Under the pieces are notes generated by a model. It worked only from the letters and a program-made list of their open reading frames with translations. It made no database searches and was not told the DNA's origin. A stretch of 64,000 nt of DNA from a virus (lineage: Duplodnaviria; Heunggongvirae; Uroviricota; Caudoviricetes), in IMG/VR virus record IMGVR_UViG_3300037484_000445, positions 1 to 64,000 of that record; one strand, 5' to 3'. The translations under genes and the position numbers were made by a program. How positions within the stretch are numbered: position 1 is the first letter of the stretch; every line of letters starts with the position of its first letter. Of the stretch, positions 8,934 to 16,037 are shown one piece after another.

Positions 8934-9071
8934 GGGGAACATGAGGCACGGCGCCTCGCCAGACGGTTAATCTGGATGCCAAAAGCATCACTGCCTAGTT
9001 TCTCGGCTCTGCAAGGAGCCTCTCTACTTGGCCTACAAGCACACTTGGTTCGACTCCAAGGTTCCCCGCCA
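8934..9071 (+). ncRNA. tRNA-ended RNA with conserved module inserted in the variable loop (element F)
   Basis: acceptor GGGGAAC/GTTCCCC+GCCA, D arm, CCAGA-CGGTTAA-TCTGG arm, GCAA-capped module, CTACAAGCA, T arm. Confidence 0.8.
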
Positions 9072-9130
9072 CAATGCTTTGATACCCCGCCTTAGGGTGA
9101 GGAGGTACTCGTGAGAAAAGACGTTTGAAT

Positions 9131-9201
9131 GCCCTTACAGCTCGAAGGTCGAGCAACCGCCTCGTAAGCGGTCGGGCCGAGTTCGATTCTCGGTAAGGGC
9201 T
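9131..9201 (+). tRNA. tRNA-Thr(CGT)
   Basis: cloverleaf, CT CGT AA. Confidence 0.92.
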
Positions 9202-9202
9202 C

Positions 9203-9276
9203 CGCAGGATGGAGCAGCCTGGTAGCTCGTTGGGCTCATAACCCGAAGGTCAGAGGTTCAAATCCTCTTCCTGCAA
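9203..9276 (+). tRNA. initiator tRNA-fMet(CAT)
   Basis: C1:A72 mismatch, GGG/CCC anticodon stem, CT CAT AA. Confidence 0.95.
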
Positions 9277-9480
9277 CTAAAATCGGCAATTCGAATCCGT
9301 CGGATGGCCCCATGAATGGGGGACGACGGGCCGATCATCTCCGGGTGACGACCGCGTATCCCCGGGCATCTCGTCGTAGACCCCCCTGCTAGCAGGATAG
9401 AGGCGAGCTCTGGTTTGCTGGATAACTCCAGTTGCGGTGCTTTTCACATGTGGACATTTCATGTTATTGTTGATGTCTTC

Positions 9481-10017
9481 ATGAAACGTGCTTCTTATAC
9501 CAAAGAGACTTTACGATCGGCCATAGCTTCTAGTGTTTCGATGGCTGATGTTCTCAGGTTTCTGGGTCTCCGTCTTGCTGGTGGGACACATTCTCACATT
9601 AGTCGAAAGATTAAGGAATGTGGCCTGAGCACAGCACACTTTACGGGCCAAACTACGAATCGTGGTCTAACCCACAAAGGATCTTACCGGAAGCCGGCTG
9701 AACAAGTCTTAATTAAGCGAGAAAGGGGTTACCGCACTTTATCCGTTAGACTCAGAAGAGCCCTAATTGAGACAGGTGTTGAATACAAGTGTGCCTCTTG
9801 TGGATCTGGTTCTGTGTGGAACAAGCAGCCCCTTGTATTACAGGTCAACCACCGTAATCGTGATTGGCTTGATGATAGGCCCGATAATTTGGAGTTTCTT
9901 TGCCCAAACTGTCATAGTCAAACTGAAGGTTGGTGTGGTAGTAAGGGTGGCACTGATGTGTTGAGTAATGCCAAACAAGGACGTATACGGTGCATGGTGA
10001 AAAGGCAAACACGTTAG
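9481..10017 (+). CDS. HNH endonuclease (free-standing homing type)
   Basis: CASC..LQVNHRN..DNLEFLCPNCH; 3' end overlaps tRNA-Leu. Confidence 0.9.
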   Translation: MKRASYTKETLRSAIASSVSMADVLRFLGLRLAGGTHSHISRKIKECGLSTAHFTGQTTNRGLTHKGSYRKPAEQVLIKRERGYRTLSVRLRRALIETGVEYKCASCGSGSVWNKQPLVLQVNHRNRDWLDDRPDNLEFLCPNCHSQTEGWCGSKGGTDVLSNAKQGRIRCMVKRQTR

Positions 10018-10070
10018 GCTTAGGTCCTAATGAGAGCAATCTCGTGGGGGTTCGAGTCCCTCTGCACCGA
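9988..10070 (+). tRNA. tRNA-Leu(TAG)
   Basis: class II cloverleaf, CT TAG GT. Confidence 0.9.
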
Positions 10071-10078
10071 CTGAGTAC

Positions 10079-10159
10079 GGGCTGTGACCTAAGCCTGGTG
10101 GTATACGGGCGCCCGTCCTATTAACGGGTGGATCAGGGGTTCGATTCCTCCACGGCCTA
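10079..10159 (+). tRNA. atypical 8/4 tRNA-like gene (loop CCTATTA; TAT or ATT)
   Basis: GGGCTGTG/CACGGCCT, 4-bp T stem, extra ACCTAA before the D arm. Confidence 0.55.
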
Positions 10160-10166
10160 CAAGTTT

Positions 10167-10239
10167 GCCCCTCTAGCTTAGGTGGTCAAAGCGCGTTCTT
10201 GGTAAGAACGAGATCCGGGTTCGACTCCCGGATGGGGCT
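10167..10239 (+). tRNA. tRNA-Thr(GGT)
   Basis: cloverleaf, TT GGT AA. Confidence 0.88.
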
Positions 10240-10268
10240 CTAAATCAAACTATCCTTTCAGGTGAATT

Positions 10269-10454
10269 ATGAGCAATCTACAAAAACTGCTTGATTGGGT
10301 AGAAGTCGAGAAGACTAAGGGCTTGATTGACATCAAGTTGTTTCCGCGACTTCCGGGTGACCCAGAAGTCGACCTAGAAACGGCTGCTGGGGATGTTCTA
10401 GCCCTTTGCCGAATAAGCCAAGAGGGTGAGGACATCACCAACTTGGGGTTGTAA
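10269..10454 (+). CDS. small hypothetical protein
   Basis: 61 aa, AGGTG SD, fills the gap between tRNAs. Confidence 0.6.
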   Translation: MSNLQKLLDWVEVEKTKGLIDIKLFPRLPGDPEVDLETAAGDVLALCRISQEGEDITNLGL

Positions 10455-10461
10455 TTCGAAT

Positions 10462-10544
10462 GGAAGAGTTTGGGTGAGTGGTCGCCCGCCAGCCTGGAAA
10501 ACTGGAATACCGCAAGGTAAGCAGTTCGACTCTGCACTCTTCCG
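10462..10544 (+). tRNA. tRNA-Ser(GGA), 8/4 fold
   Basis: GGAAGAGT/ACTCTTCC, T stem GCAG/CTGC, variable arm, G73. Confidence 0.88.
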
Positions 10545-10546
10545 CT

Positions 10547-10634
10547 GAAGGGTAGACCAACAAGGGTGTTGGCGGCGACGTAGAGCGCCGGGACTCTGTG
10601 AAAGGAGTTCGAGGTTCAATACCTCTGTCCTTCG
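10547..10634 (+). tRNA. allo-tRNA-like 8/4 RNA with long variable arm and non-standard anticodon loop
   Basis: GAAGGGTA/TGTCCTTC, GAGG/CCTC T stem, CGGCG-ACGTAGAG-CGCCG. Confidence 0.55.
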
Positions 10635-10638
10635 TTAC

Positions 10639-10711
10639 GGGTCTTGAGCAAGTCTGGTGATTGCACTGGTCTGAAAAGCCAGCCAATACGGTTCGATTCC
10701 GTAAGGACCCA
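10639..10711 (+). tRNA. tRNA-Phe(GAA)
   Basis: cloverleaf, CT GAA AA. Confidence 0.88.
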
Positions 10712-10713
10712 CC

Positions 10714-10850
10714 GAGGGCACCCCCTCATCGTAAGCAAACAAGCACTTTGGGTTCGATTCCCAATTCCCCCTCTAGGACTTCGGTCCGATCATGGGGGAA
10801 AGCCCAGTGGTGGGCAGCAAAGTCATTCGCTTTCAAACTCGGGTGTTCTC
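10714..10850 (+). ncRNA. circularly permuted tRNA-like RNA (element B; no anticodon arm)
   Basis: GAGGGCACCC/GGGTGTTCTC; AAACAAGCA; T arm, TTCCCCC/GGGGGAA closed by a GGAC-TTCG-GTCC hairpin, D arm. Confidence 0.82.
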
Positions 10851-10854
10851 TTAT

Positions 10855-10927
10855 GCGAGCTAAGCCACAATGGCGTGGCACCTGCCTTCCAAGCAGGCCC
10901 AGACGGGTTCGATTCCCGTAGCTCGCT
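10855..10927 (+). tRNA. tRNA-Gly(TCC)
   Basis: cloverleaf, CT TCC AA. Confidence 0.9.
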
Positions 10928-11042
10928 CAACTGTCGTAGGTCGGGGCTTGCTAATAGCTTGTTCCTAAATAACGATAGCCGGAGCGAAGAGACCTCAATG
11001 TAGACCAGCTTGAGGCTCCGAAGGGGAACTCTTCGAGCTCAC

Positions 11043-11115
11043 GGCCCCATCCACCAAAGGCTAAGTGAACGGCCTTTCAAGCCGTAAATGTCGGGTTCGA
11101 GTCCCACTGGGGTCA
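11043..11115 (+). tRNA. tRNA-Glu(TTC)
   Basis: cloverleaf, CT TTC AA. Confidence 0.85.
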
Positions 11116-11122
11116 CTGTCAG

Positions 11123-11194
11123 GCTCCCATAGTCTAAAGGATAGGCACGGGCTTCCTAAGCCTGTTCATGCTGGTTCGAGTCCAGCTGGGAGTG
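11123..11194 (+). tRNA. tRNA-Arg(CCT)
   Basis: cloverleaf, TT CCT AA. Confidence 0.93.
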
Positions 11195-11207
11195 CTTGTT
11201 GATTCAT

Positions 11208-11280
11208 GCCCTTGAAGTCCACTGGGTGGACGCTAGCTTGTCACGCTAGGTCGAGGTGGGTTCGACTCCCATCAGGGGCG
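11208..11280 (+). tRNA. tRNA-Asp(GTC)
   Basis: cloverleaf, TT GTC AC. Confidence 0.9.
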
Positions 11281-11283
11281 CTG

Positions 11284-11354
11284 CGGTCGTAGCCAAGTGG
11301 TAAGGCGGGAGGTTGTGGTCCTCCTATTCGTGAGTTCGATTCTCACCGATCGCC
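11284..11354 (+). tRNA. tRNA-His(GTG)
   Basis: cloverleaf, TT GTG GT, C73. Confidence 0.93.
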
Positions 11355-11379
11355 CTAAAGCTCTTGTGCCTTGTACTAA

Positions 11380-11529
11380 ATGATGGTTCCACAACACGAT
11401 ACCAAAGATCAACACTTAGAGTCCTCGAAAGAGGAATCCAAGTCGGTTATTCCTTGCACGAGTTGTCCTGGTTGGTGGTATGAAGGGGATATTCCAAAGC
11501 ACTGGCCTGGGTGTGAGAAGAACAAGTAA
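11380..11529 (+). CDS. 49-aa hypothetical protein, CxxC..HxxxC
   Basis: MMVPQHDTKDQHLESSKEESKSVIPCTSCPGWWYEGDIPKHWPGCEKNK; fills the gap between two tRNAs. Confidence 0.45.
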   Translation: MMVPQHDTKDQHLESSKEESKSVIPCTSCPGWWYEGDIPKHWPGCEKNK

Positions 11530-11530
11530 T

Positions 11531-11603
11531 GGGGCTGTAGCTCACTTGGGAGAGCGCTGCTTTCGCACAGCAGAGGTAGAGGGTTCGAATCCCTTCAGTT
11601 CCA
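11531..11603 (+). tRNA. tRNA-Ala(CGC)
   Basis: G3:U70, TT CGC AC. Confidence 0.95.
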
Positions 11604-11608
11604 CTCAT

Positions 11609-11681
11609 GGGGCCATAGCTCATCTGGGAGAGCGGCACGCTGGCAGCGTGTAGGTGGTCGGTTCGAGTCCGACTGGTTCCA
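11609..11681 (+). tRNA. tRNA-Ala(GGC)
   Basis: G3:U70, CT GGC AG. Confidence 0.95.
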
Positions 11682-11763
11682 CTATTGGTCAAGAAGGTCG
11701 CCTCTTCTGTACGGAGAGCTGGTAAGAGCGAGGGTAGCGCCGCCAAGCTTGACTGGTAACTAC

Positions 11764-11836
11764 GGGGTCTTAGCTCAGTTGGGAGAGCGTCTGCATGGCA
11801 TGCAGAAGGTCGTCGGTTCGATTCCGACATTCTCCA
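11764..11836 (+). tRNA. tRNA-Ala(GGC), mismatched acceptor stem
   Basis: G3:U70, AT GGC AT, two acceptor mismatches. Confidence 0.75.
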
Positions 11837-11841
11837 CTCAT

Positions 11842-11913
11842 AGGTCATACGCGACGGTAGCGAATTGGATTCCAAATCCGATTGAGAGGGTTCGACTCCT
11901 TCATGACCTGCCA
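11842..11913 (+). tRNA. tRNA-Trp(CCA)
   Basis: TT CCA AA, AGGTCAT/ATGACCT, GCCA end. Confidence 0.85.
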
Positions 11914-11917
11914 GAAT

Positions 11918-11991
11918 GATCCACGACTCAGCTGGTAGACGAGGCAAGTCTGATAAACTTGTAGTGCAGAGTTCGATTCTCTGGTGGATCA
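11918..11991 (+). tRNA. tRNA-Ile(GAT)
   Basis: cloverleaf, CT GAT AA. Confidence 0.88.
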
Positions 11992-11993
11992 CT

Positions 11994-12150
11994 GAGTACC
12001 CCCTACGATAGATCAAACAAGCATTTGTGGGTTCGAGTCCCGCCTCCTGCTCTAGGGTGAAAGCCCAACATGCAGGAGTAGCCGAATGGTAAAGGCAATG
12101 GTTATCCAAACCGTGATTAGCATCACATCGATCTAGCAACTCGGGTACTC
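11994..12150 (+). ncRNA. circularly permuted tRNA-like RNA (element C)
   Basis: GAGTACCC/GGGTACTC; TAGATC/GATCTA; AAACAAGCA; T arm, CTCCTGC/GCAGGAG closed by a hairpin, D arm, anticodon arm (TA TCC AA). Confidence 0.87.
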
Positions 12151-12157
12151 TAACTAT

Positions 12158-12241
12158 GCTGGTGTGGCGGAACGGCAGACGCAGTTGGCTCAAACCCAAC
12201 CGGGGTTAACCCCCGTGAGAGTTCGAATCTCTCCATCAGTA
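12158..12241 (+). tRNA. tRNA-Leu(CAA)
   Basis: class II, CT CAA AC. Confidence 0.93.
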
Positions 12242-12244
12242 CAA

Positions 12245-12303
12245 GGTCCTCGTTTCCAGGCAGGAATAGACGTCGAAGTGGTTCGAATCCACATGAGGAC
12301 CCA
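12245..12303 (+). ncRNA. 59-nt mini-tRNA lacking an anticodon arm
   Basis: GGTCCTCGT/ATGAGGACC, D arm TTCC/GGAA, T arm GTGG-TTCGAAT-CCAC. Confidence 0.65.
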
Positions 12304-12344
12304 GGTTTAGGATAGCTTCGGTCGAAGTTGTTTTAAGCCGTTAT

Positions 12345-12418
12345 CGGGGTGCGGGCTCAAGGCGGGCCGCCTGGTTTGGGACCAGGACATCAGGTGAGTT
12401 CAATTCTCACCACCCCGA
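12345..12418 (+). tRNA. tRNA-Pro(TGG)
   Basis: cloverleaf, TT TGG GA. Confidence 0.88.
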
Positions 12419-12422
12419 CTGG

Positions 12423-12544
12423 GAGGCATCCCATCAGAAAGTACATACACGCATTGTCTAACGGTAGGACAATACCCTTCCAAGGTATCCATACGGGTTC
12501 AAATCCTGTTGCTAAAAACGTCGTACTTTCATCTCGGATGCTTC
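12423..12544 (+). ncRNA. module enclosing a normal-order tRNA-Gly(TCC)-like body (element G)
   Basis: GAGGCATCC/GGATGCTTC; GAAAGTAC/GTACTTTC; ATACACGCA; D, anticodon (CT TCC AA) and T arms; acceptor reduced to about 3 bp. Confidence 0.8.
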
Positions 12545-12552
12545 ACAATAAT

Positions 12553-12638
12553 GCCGACGTGGCGTAACTGGCAAACGCGCTAGCTTGAGGTGCTAGTGAG
12601 GTTTAATCCTCGTGGAGGTTCGATCCCTCTCGTCGGCA
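12553..12638 (+). tRNA. tRNA-Leu(GAG)
   Basis: class II, TT GAG GT. Confidence 0.93.
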
Positions 12639-12640
12639 CT

Positions 12641-12717
12641 GGGTAGGGTATCTTAAATGTCAGAGAAGGGGGAATAATAGTACCTGTCGGTGTTGGGGTG
12701 CAACCCAACCTCTACCC
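12641..12717 (+). pseudogene. degenerate tRNA-like element
   Basis: GGGTAGGG/CTCTACCC acceptor, T-like hairpin without TTC, no good anticodon stem. Confidence 0.4.
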
Positions 12718-12721
12718 TAAC

Positions 12722-12791
12722 GGGACTGTTCATCGGGATGAGGTCAACTTTTGCAAAGTTGTACATTCGGGTTCAACTCCCGACAGCTCCA
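12722..12791 (+). tRNA. tRNA-Ala(TGC), divergent D arm
   Basis: G3:U70, TT TGC AA. Confidence 0.7.
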
Positions 12792-12812
12792 CTATTGGTG
12801 TACTTGGTTTAT

Positions 12813-13106
12813 ATGCCTTACCACGATAATCACGAGTACCTAGAAAACTACTTTAGCGAGTACCTAGCCAAACACGGGGAAGAGCTACTCTTAGTGGAGA
12901 TTAACGAAGCTAGGAAGTTTCGTGGGGCAGATTCAGTGTTGAAAAGTGACTTTGACGCTCGAAAGCGACTTGGATGTGAGTTGCCGGGTAGGGATAGACT
13001 AACCCCTTTTGTAGGAAGTCTTGCTCAATATGCTACTTATCTGGTTTGGCAACCAACTTGGTTTGATCCGAATGAAAAATTGGCTTACTCAGGTGTTGTA
13101 ACCTGA
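12813..13106 (+). CDS. hypothetical protein
   Basis: ATG 10 nt after GGTGTA; the upstream part of the track ORF overlaps a tRNA. Confidence 0.65.
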   Translation: MPYHDNHEYLENYFSEYLAKHGEELLLVEINEARKFRGADSVLKSDFDARKRLGCELPGRDRLTPFVGSLAQYATYLVWQPTWFDPNEKLAYSGVVT

Positions 13107-13131
13107 GACAACCGCCCTCTATGAGGGGTTT

Positions 13132-13216
13132 GCCCAAGTGCTGGAATGGCATACAGCGCCGGCTCAGAACCGGTGGTCTTCATGACGTGAGAGTTCAAGT
13201 CTCTCCTTGGGCACCA
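13132..13216 (+). tRNA. tRNA-Leu(CAG)
   Basis: class II, CT CAG AA, CCA. Confidence 0.95.
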
Positions 13217-13217
13217 T

Positions 13218-13289
13218 GCGGGGCTAGTCTTCTGGGAAGGCACTAGCATGACAAGCTAGATCAGGGGAGTTCGATTCTCCCGTCCCGCA
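13218..13289 (+). tRNA. tRNA-Val(GAC)
   Basis: cloverleaf, AT GAC AA. Confidence 0.88.
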
Positions 13290-13303
13290 CAAACAGAACA
13301 TTT

Positions 13304-13377
13304 GGCGTAGTGGTCGAGTGGTAAGGCAACAGACTGCAAATCTGTACAAATCGAGAGTTCGATTCTCTCCTACGCCT
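13304..13377 (+). tRNA. tRNA-Cys(GCA)
   Basis: CT GCA AA, U73. Confidence 0.95.
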
Positions 13378-13382
13378 CTAAT

Positions 13383-13452
13383 ACCCCTGCTGGTGGAACC
13401 AGTGCCTGGTCTACGAAACCGGGTGAATGAGGTTCGATTCCTCTCAGGGGTG
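13383..13452 (+). tRNA. tRNA-Arg(ACG), short D arm
   Basis: CT ACG AA, ACCCCTG/CAGGGGT. Confidence 0.75.
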
Positions 13453-13453
13453 C

Positions 13454-13527
13454 TGATGGATAGCTCAGCTGGTAGTAGCGGGGCCCTTACAAGGCTCAGG
13501 TCGCAGGTTCGATCCCTGTTCCATCAA
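13454..13527 (+). tRNA. tRNA-Val(TAC)
   Basis: cloverleaf, CT TAC AA. Confidence 0.9.
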
Positions 13528-13593
13528 CCTGATGATCCCATTCGTGGGGACGAGTCCTACATCCTGTACTAATCGACTTTTGGTAGTATTAGG

Positions 13594-14364
13594 GTGATGA
13601 CCTCTCTAGTGGCTAACGTAGTCGAACGGTACAAGTCTTCTTTGAGGTATCGAGACTTACAGCACTTTTGGTCCAAGTTCTCAGAATGGACATTTGACTA
13701 CCTCGAGAGCAATCTAACCTTGTTGTCCGAGGCTGTGGGGCTCTCGCCCTTGCAAAAGAAGATTGCTTTCGTTTCGGACTTGAAGGGTAAGCACGCTGCC
13801 CTCGTCACCGAGTACGCCCCGAAGATGCTAAACTTGTCACCGGAGTCACTTCCGGAGGTCAAGGCTGCTCTAGCTAAGGCCCTCAATCCTTGGTGTCGTG
13901 TGAACAACATGGGTGGGTTCAGCGACGACGATCTTTGGGGTTACATCGAAGACTCCCAGCTATACAAGACCTTGAAGGGGTTTAACCGGGATAAGGTCAT
14001 TGATCGCATCATGGATCTTCCGGAGAATTTCACGGACGACGATCTTGCTTGGCTCAAGGGTATTGACGTTGAGCCGTATAAGGCTGCTTTGGATCGCGTT
14101 CACAGGGTTTTGCCTGACTTCGAACACGAGGGGAGTTACGAAGCTTTCGAGATTTGGGCGAGAGGACTCCCGACAAACTTCGAGGTTTGGGAAGATACCC
14201 TTCCTTTCATCTCAGAAGACAACCTAGCCGATCAACTCTCCGAAACTAGGGTGGGTATTTCTCTGAACCGCCTATTGGGTACGTACTACTTTTTCCCCAC
14301 TATTCAGGAGGATGCTCGGAACTTGAAGGCGGCGTTGCTTAAAATGAAGTTCAAAACAGGGTGA
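13594..14364 (+). CDS. hypothetical protein
   Basis: 256 aa ORF; stop codon lies inside the tRNA-Pro 5' end. Confidence 0.7.
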   Translation: MMTSLVANVVERYKSSLRYRDLQHFWSKFSEWTFDYLESNLTLLSEAVGLSPLQKKIAFVSDLKGKHAALVTEYAPKMLNLSPESLPEVKAALAKALNPWCRVNNMGGFSDDDLWGYIEDSQLYKTLKGFNRDKVIDRIMDLPENFTDDDLAWLKGIDVEPYKAALDRVHRVLPDFEHEGSYEAFEIWARGLPTNFEVWEDTLPFISEDNLADQLSETRVGISLNRLLGTYYFFPTIQEDARNLKAALLKMKFKTG

Positions 14365-14431
14365 AGGCTCAAGGTGGGCCACTTGTCTGGGGGACAAGCG
14401 CTGGCGGGTTCGATCCCCGCCACCCTGACCA
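14357..14431 (+). tRNA. tRNA-Pro(GGG)
   Basis: CT GGG GG, CAGGGTG/CACCCTG, ACCA. Confidence 0.88.
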
Positions 14432-14501
14432 GAGATAAGCCTCAGGGTGGGGCACTTGGTTCGGGACCAAGCTCCGATGGGTTCGATCCCCATATCTCTG
14501 A
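14430..14501 (+). tRNA. tRNA-Pro(CGG)
   Basis: TT CGG GA; first 2 nt overlap the CCA of the previous tRNA. Confidence 0.88.
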
Positions 14502-14603
14502 CAAATCATAGGGTTGTGACAATTTTCAAAAATACTTCGGGGACCCGTTGTGCCTGGTGTATCTGGTGATCAGATTCACACCTCAAGCTGACGGATTACC
14601 CCT

Positions 14604-15341
14604 ATGACCACATTAGCTCAATTGCTGTCCGTTGAAGGGCAGACCAAGTCTTCTTCCAACGAGCAAATCACTGCTCAGTACCAGCTTCTGCAGAAGGAGC
14701 CTCTTCTCAACGGCGTTGCTCGCACCTACCAGCCATTGGAGGATGCCGGTGAGCGTCTGCCTCCAGAAGGCAACCAGGTTCAGGTGCGGGTCAAGGAAGT
14801 TCTTCGAGAGGTGGCTCGTGTGATGACGCCACTCTACGATCTCACTATCCAGAAGGACTCGGCTAACCAAGGCACTCGTGCTGACGTTGAGGTTGACGGC
14901 AAGGTCCTATTGAAGGATGCTCCCGCCACATATCTCTTGTGGTTGGAGAAGCAGTTGACGGATCTTCACACGGTGATCGTCAAGCTGCCGGTGCTTCCCC
15001 AGACTGAGTCTTGGGAACCAGACCCAACTCAGGCCGCTTACAAGACGCCCGTTGTCGAGACGTCTAGGACGAAGAAAATACCTCGTCCTCTCGAATTATC
15101 CCCGGCAACCAAAGAACATCCTGCTAAGGTTGAGTTGGTTCACGAGGACAAGATCGTAGGGTATTGGTCGACCGTGAAGTATTCGGGCGCCATTCCTCGC
15201 CAGCAGGCACAAGACCTGCGGGAACGAATTGAAAAGCTACAGGCAGCGGTGAAGTTCGCCCGTGAAAAGGCAAACACCATCACCGTGCCAAAGGTCGAAG
15301 CCGGGAACGCCATTTTTGGCTACCTGTTCTCTGACCTGTAA
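14604..15341 (+). CDS. helical/coiled-coil protein directly upstream of a large structured RNA; candidate RNA partner
   Basis: 245 aa, strong codon bias; RNA begins about 2 nt after the stop. Confidence 0.75.
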   Translation: MTTLAQLLSVEGQTKSSSNEQITAQYQLLQKEPLLNGVARTYQPLEDAGERLPPEGNQVQVRVKEVLREVARVMTPLYDLTIQKDSANQGTRADVEVDGKVLLKDAPATYLLWLEKQLTDLHTVIVKLPVLPQTESWEPDPTQAAYKTPVVETSRTKKIPRPLELSPATKEHPAKVELVHEDKIVGYWSTVKYSGAIPRQQAQDLRERIEKLQAAVKFAREKANTITVPKVEAGNAIFGYLFSDL

Positions 15342-15342
15342 A

Positions 15343-15771
15343 GGACCCCCAAGCTTAATCTGAAGCTCCTTGTTACTGGTGCTCTGGTTTGGGACGAAAG
15401 TCCCTGTGTTGGTTCGAATCCAACCGCCCCGACTCCGACGTAAGTCGGTAACTCACCGGGGTGTAGTCCAATGATGGCAAGAGGCACTCCAGCGCCAACT
15501 AAGACTGAATCTTGGGACTAAGCTTAAGCTGAATTCTGTTGCTAACTTCTCTATCGGTTGCCTGCAATTTCCACGAATGTTGGTTCGAATCCGATCTCCC
15601 CAGCAATGCTCATCAGGGCCCACTTCATGGGCATTGCTGGGGGGTGGCCTAATGGCAAGGCGCGTGGGCTTTAGAGCTGATGGGCAATCTTAAACGCCGT
15701 AGTTAGTCAGACAGAACGCACTAACCATGCGAACCTACACGGACCTGGGGACAGGCTAGTTTCCCGGGTCC
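15343..15771 (+). ncRNA. about 430-nt RNA containing two circularly permuted tRNA domains (YrlA-like topology)
   Basis: two T-arm / closed-acceptor / D-arm units (about 15378-15496 and 15571-15667) in a paired scaffold with repeated AAGCTTAA(T/G)CTGAA; terminal hairpin 15741-15771. Confidence 0.8.
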
Positions 15772-15783
15772 ACCTAATTTAAT

Positions 15784-15873
15784 GGATAGTGAATCGCATA
15801 GGTTGCGACCTCGTTTCGAAAGCGAGTGGACCCTGTGAAAGGGGTTGGAGATCGAGACTTCCGCTATCCGCCA
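15784..15873 (+). tRNA. tRNA-Ser(CGA), 8/4 fold
   Basis: GGATAGTG/CGCTATCC, TT CGA AA, variable arm, GCCA. Confidence 0.85.
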
Positions 15874-15942
15874 GACCTTGTCGTCTAAGTAGGACGGTAG
15901 TGCCTCAATCTACTCATGAAGGTTCATGTCCTTTCGAGGTCT
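15874..15942 (+). tRNA. degenerate tRNA-Glu(CTC)-like
   Basis: GACCTTG/CGAGGTC, D and T arms, loop GC CTC AA. Confidence 0.5.
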
Positions 15943-15947
15943 GTTAT

Positions 15948-16034
15948 GGAAGACAAATCCGTTAGGTACGGACGCGGTTTTGAAAACCGATGGGTCCCGT
16001 GAAAGGGACTGGGTTTCGAGTACTCTGTCTTCCG
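15948..16034 (+). tRNA. tRNA-Ser(TGA), 8/4 fold
   Basis: GGAAGACA/TGTCTTCC, TT TGA AA, variable arm. Confidence 0.85.
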
Positions 16035-16037
16035 CTA

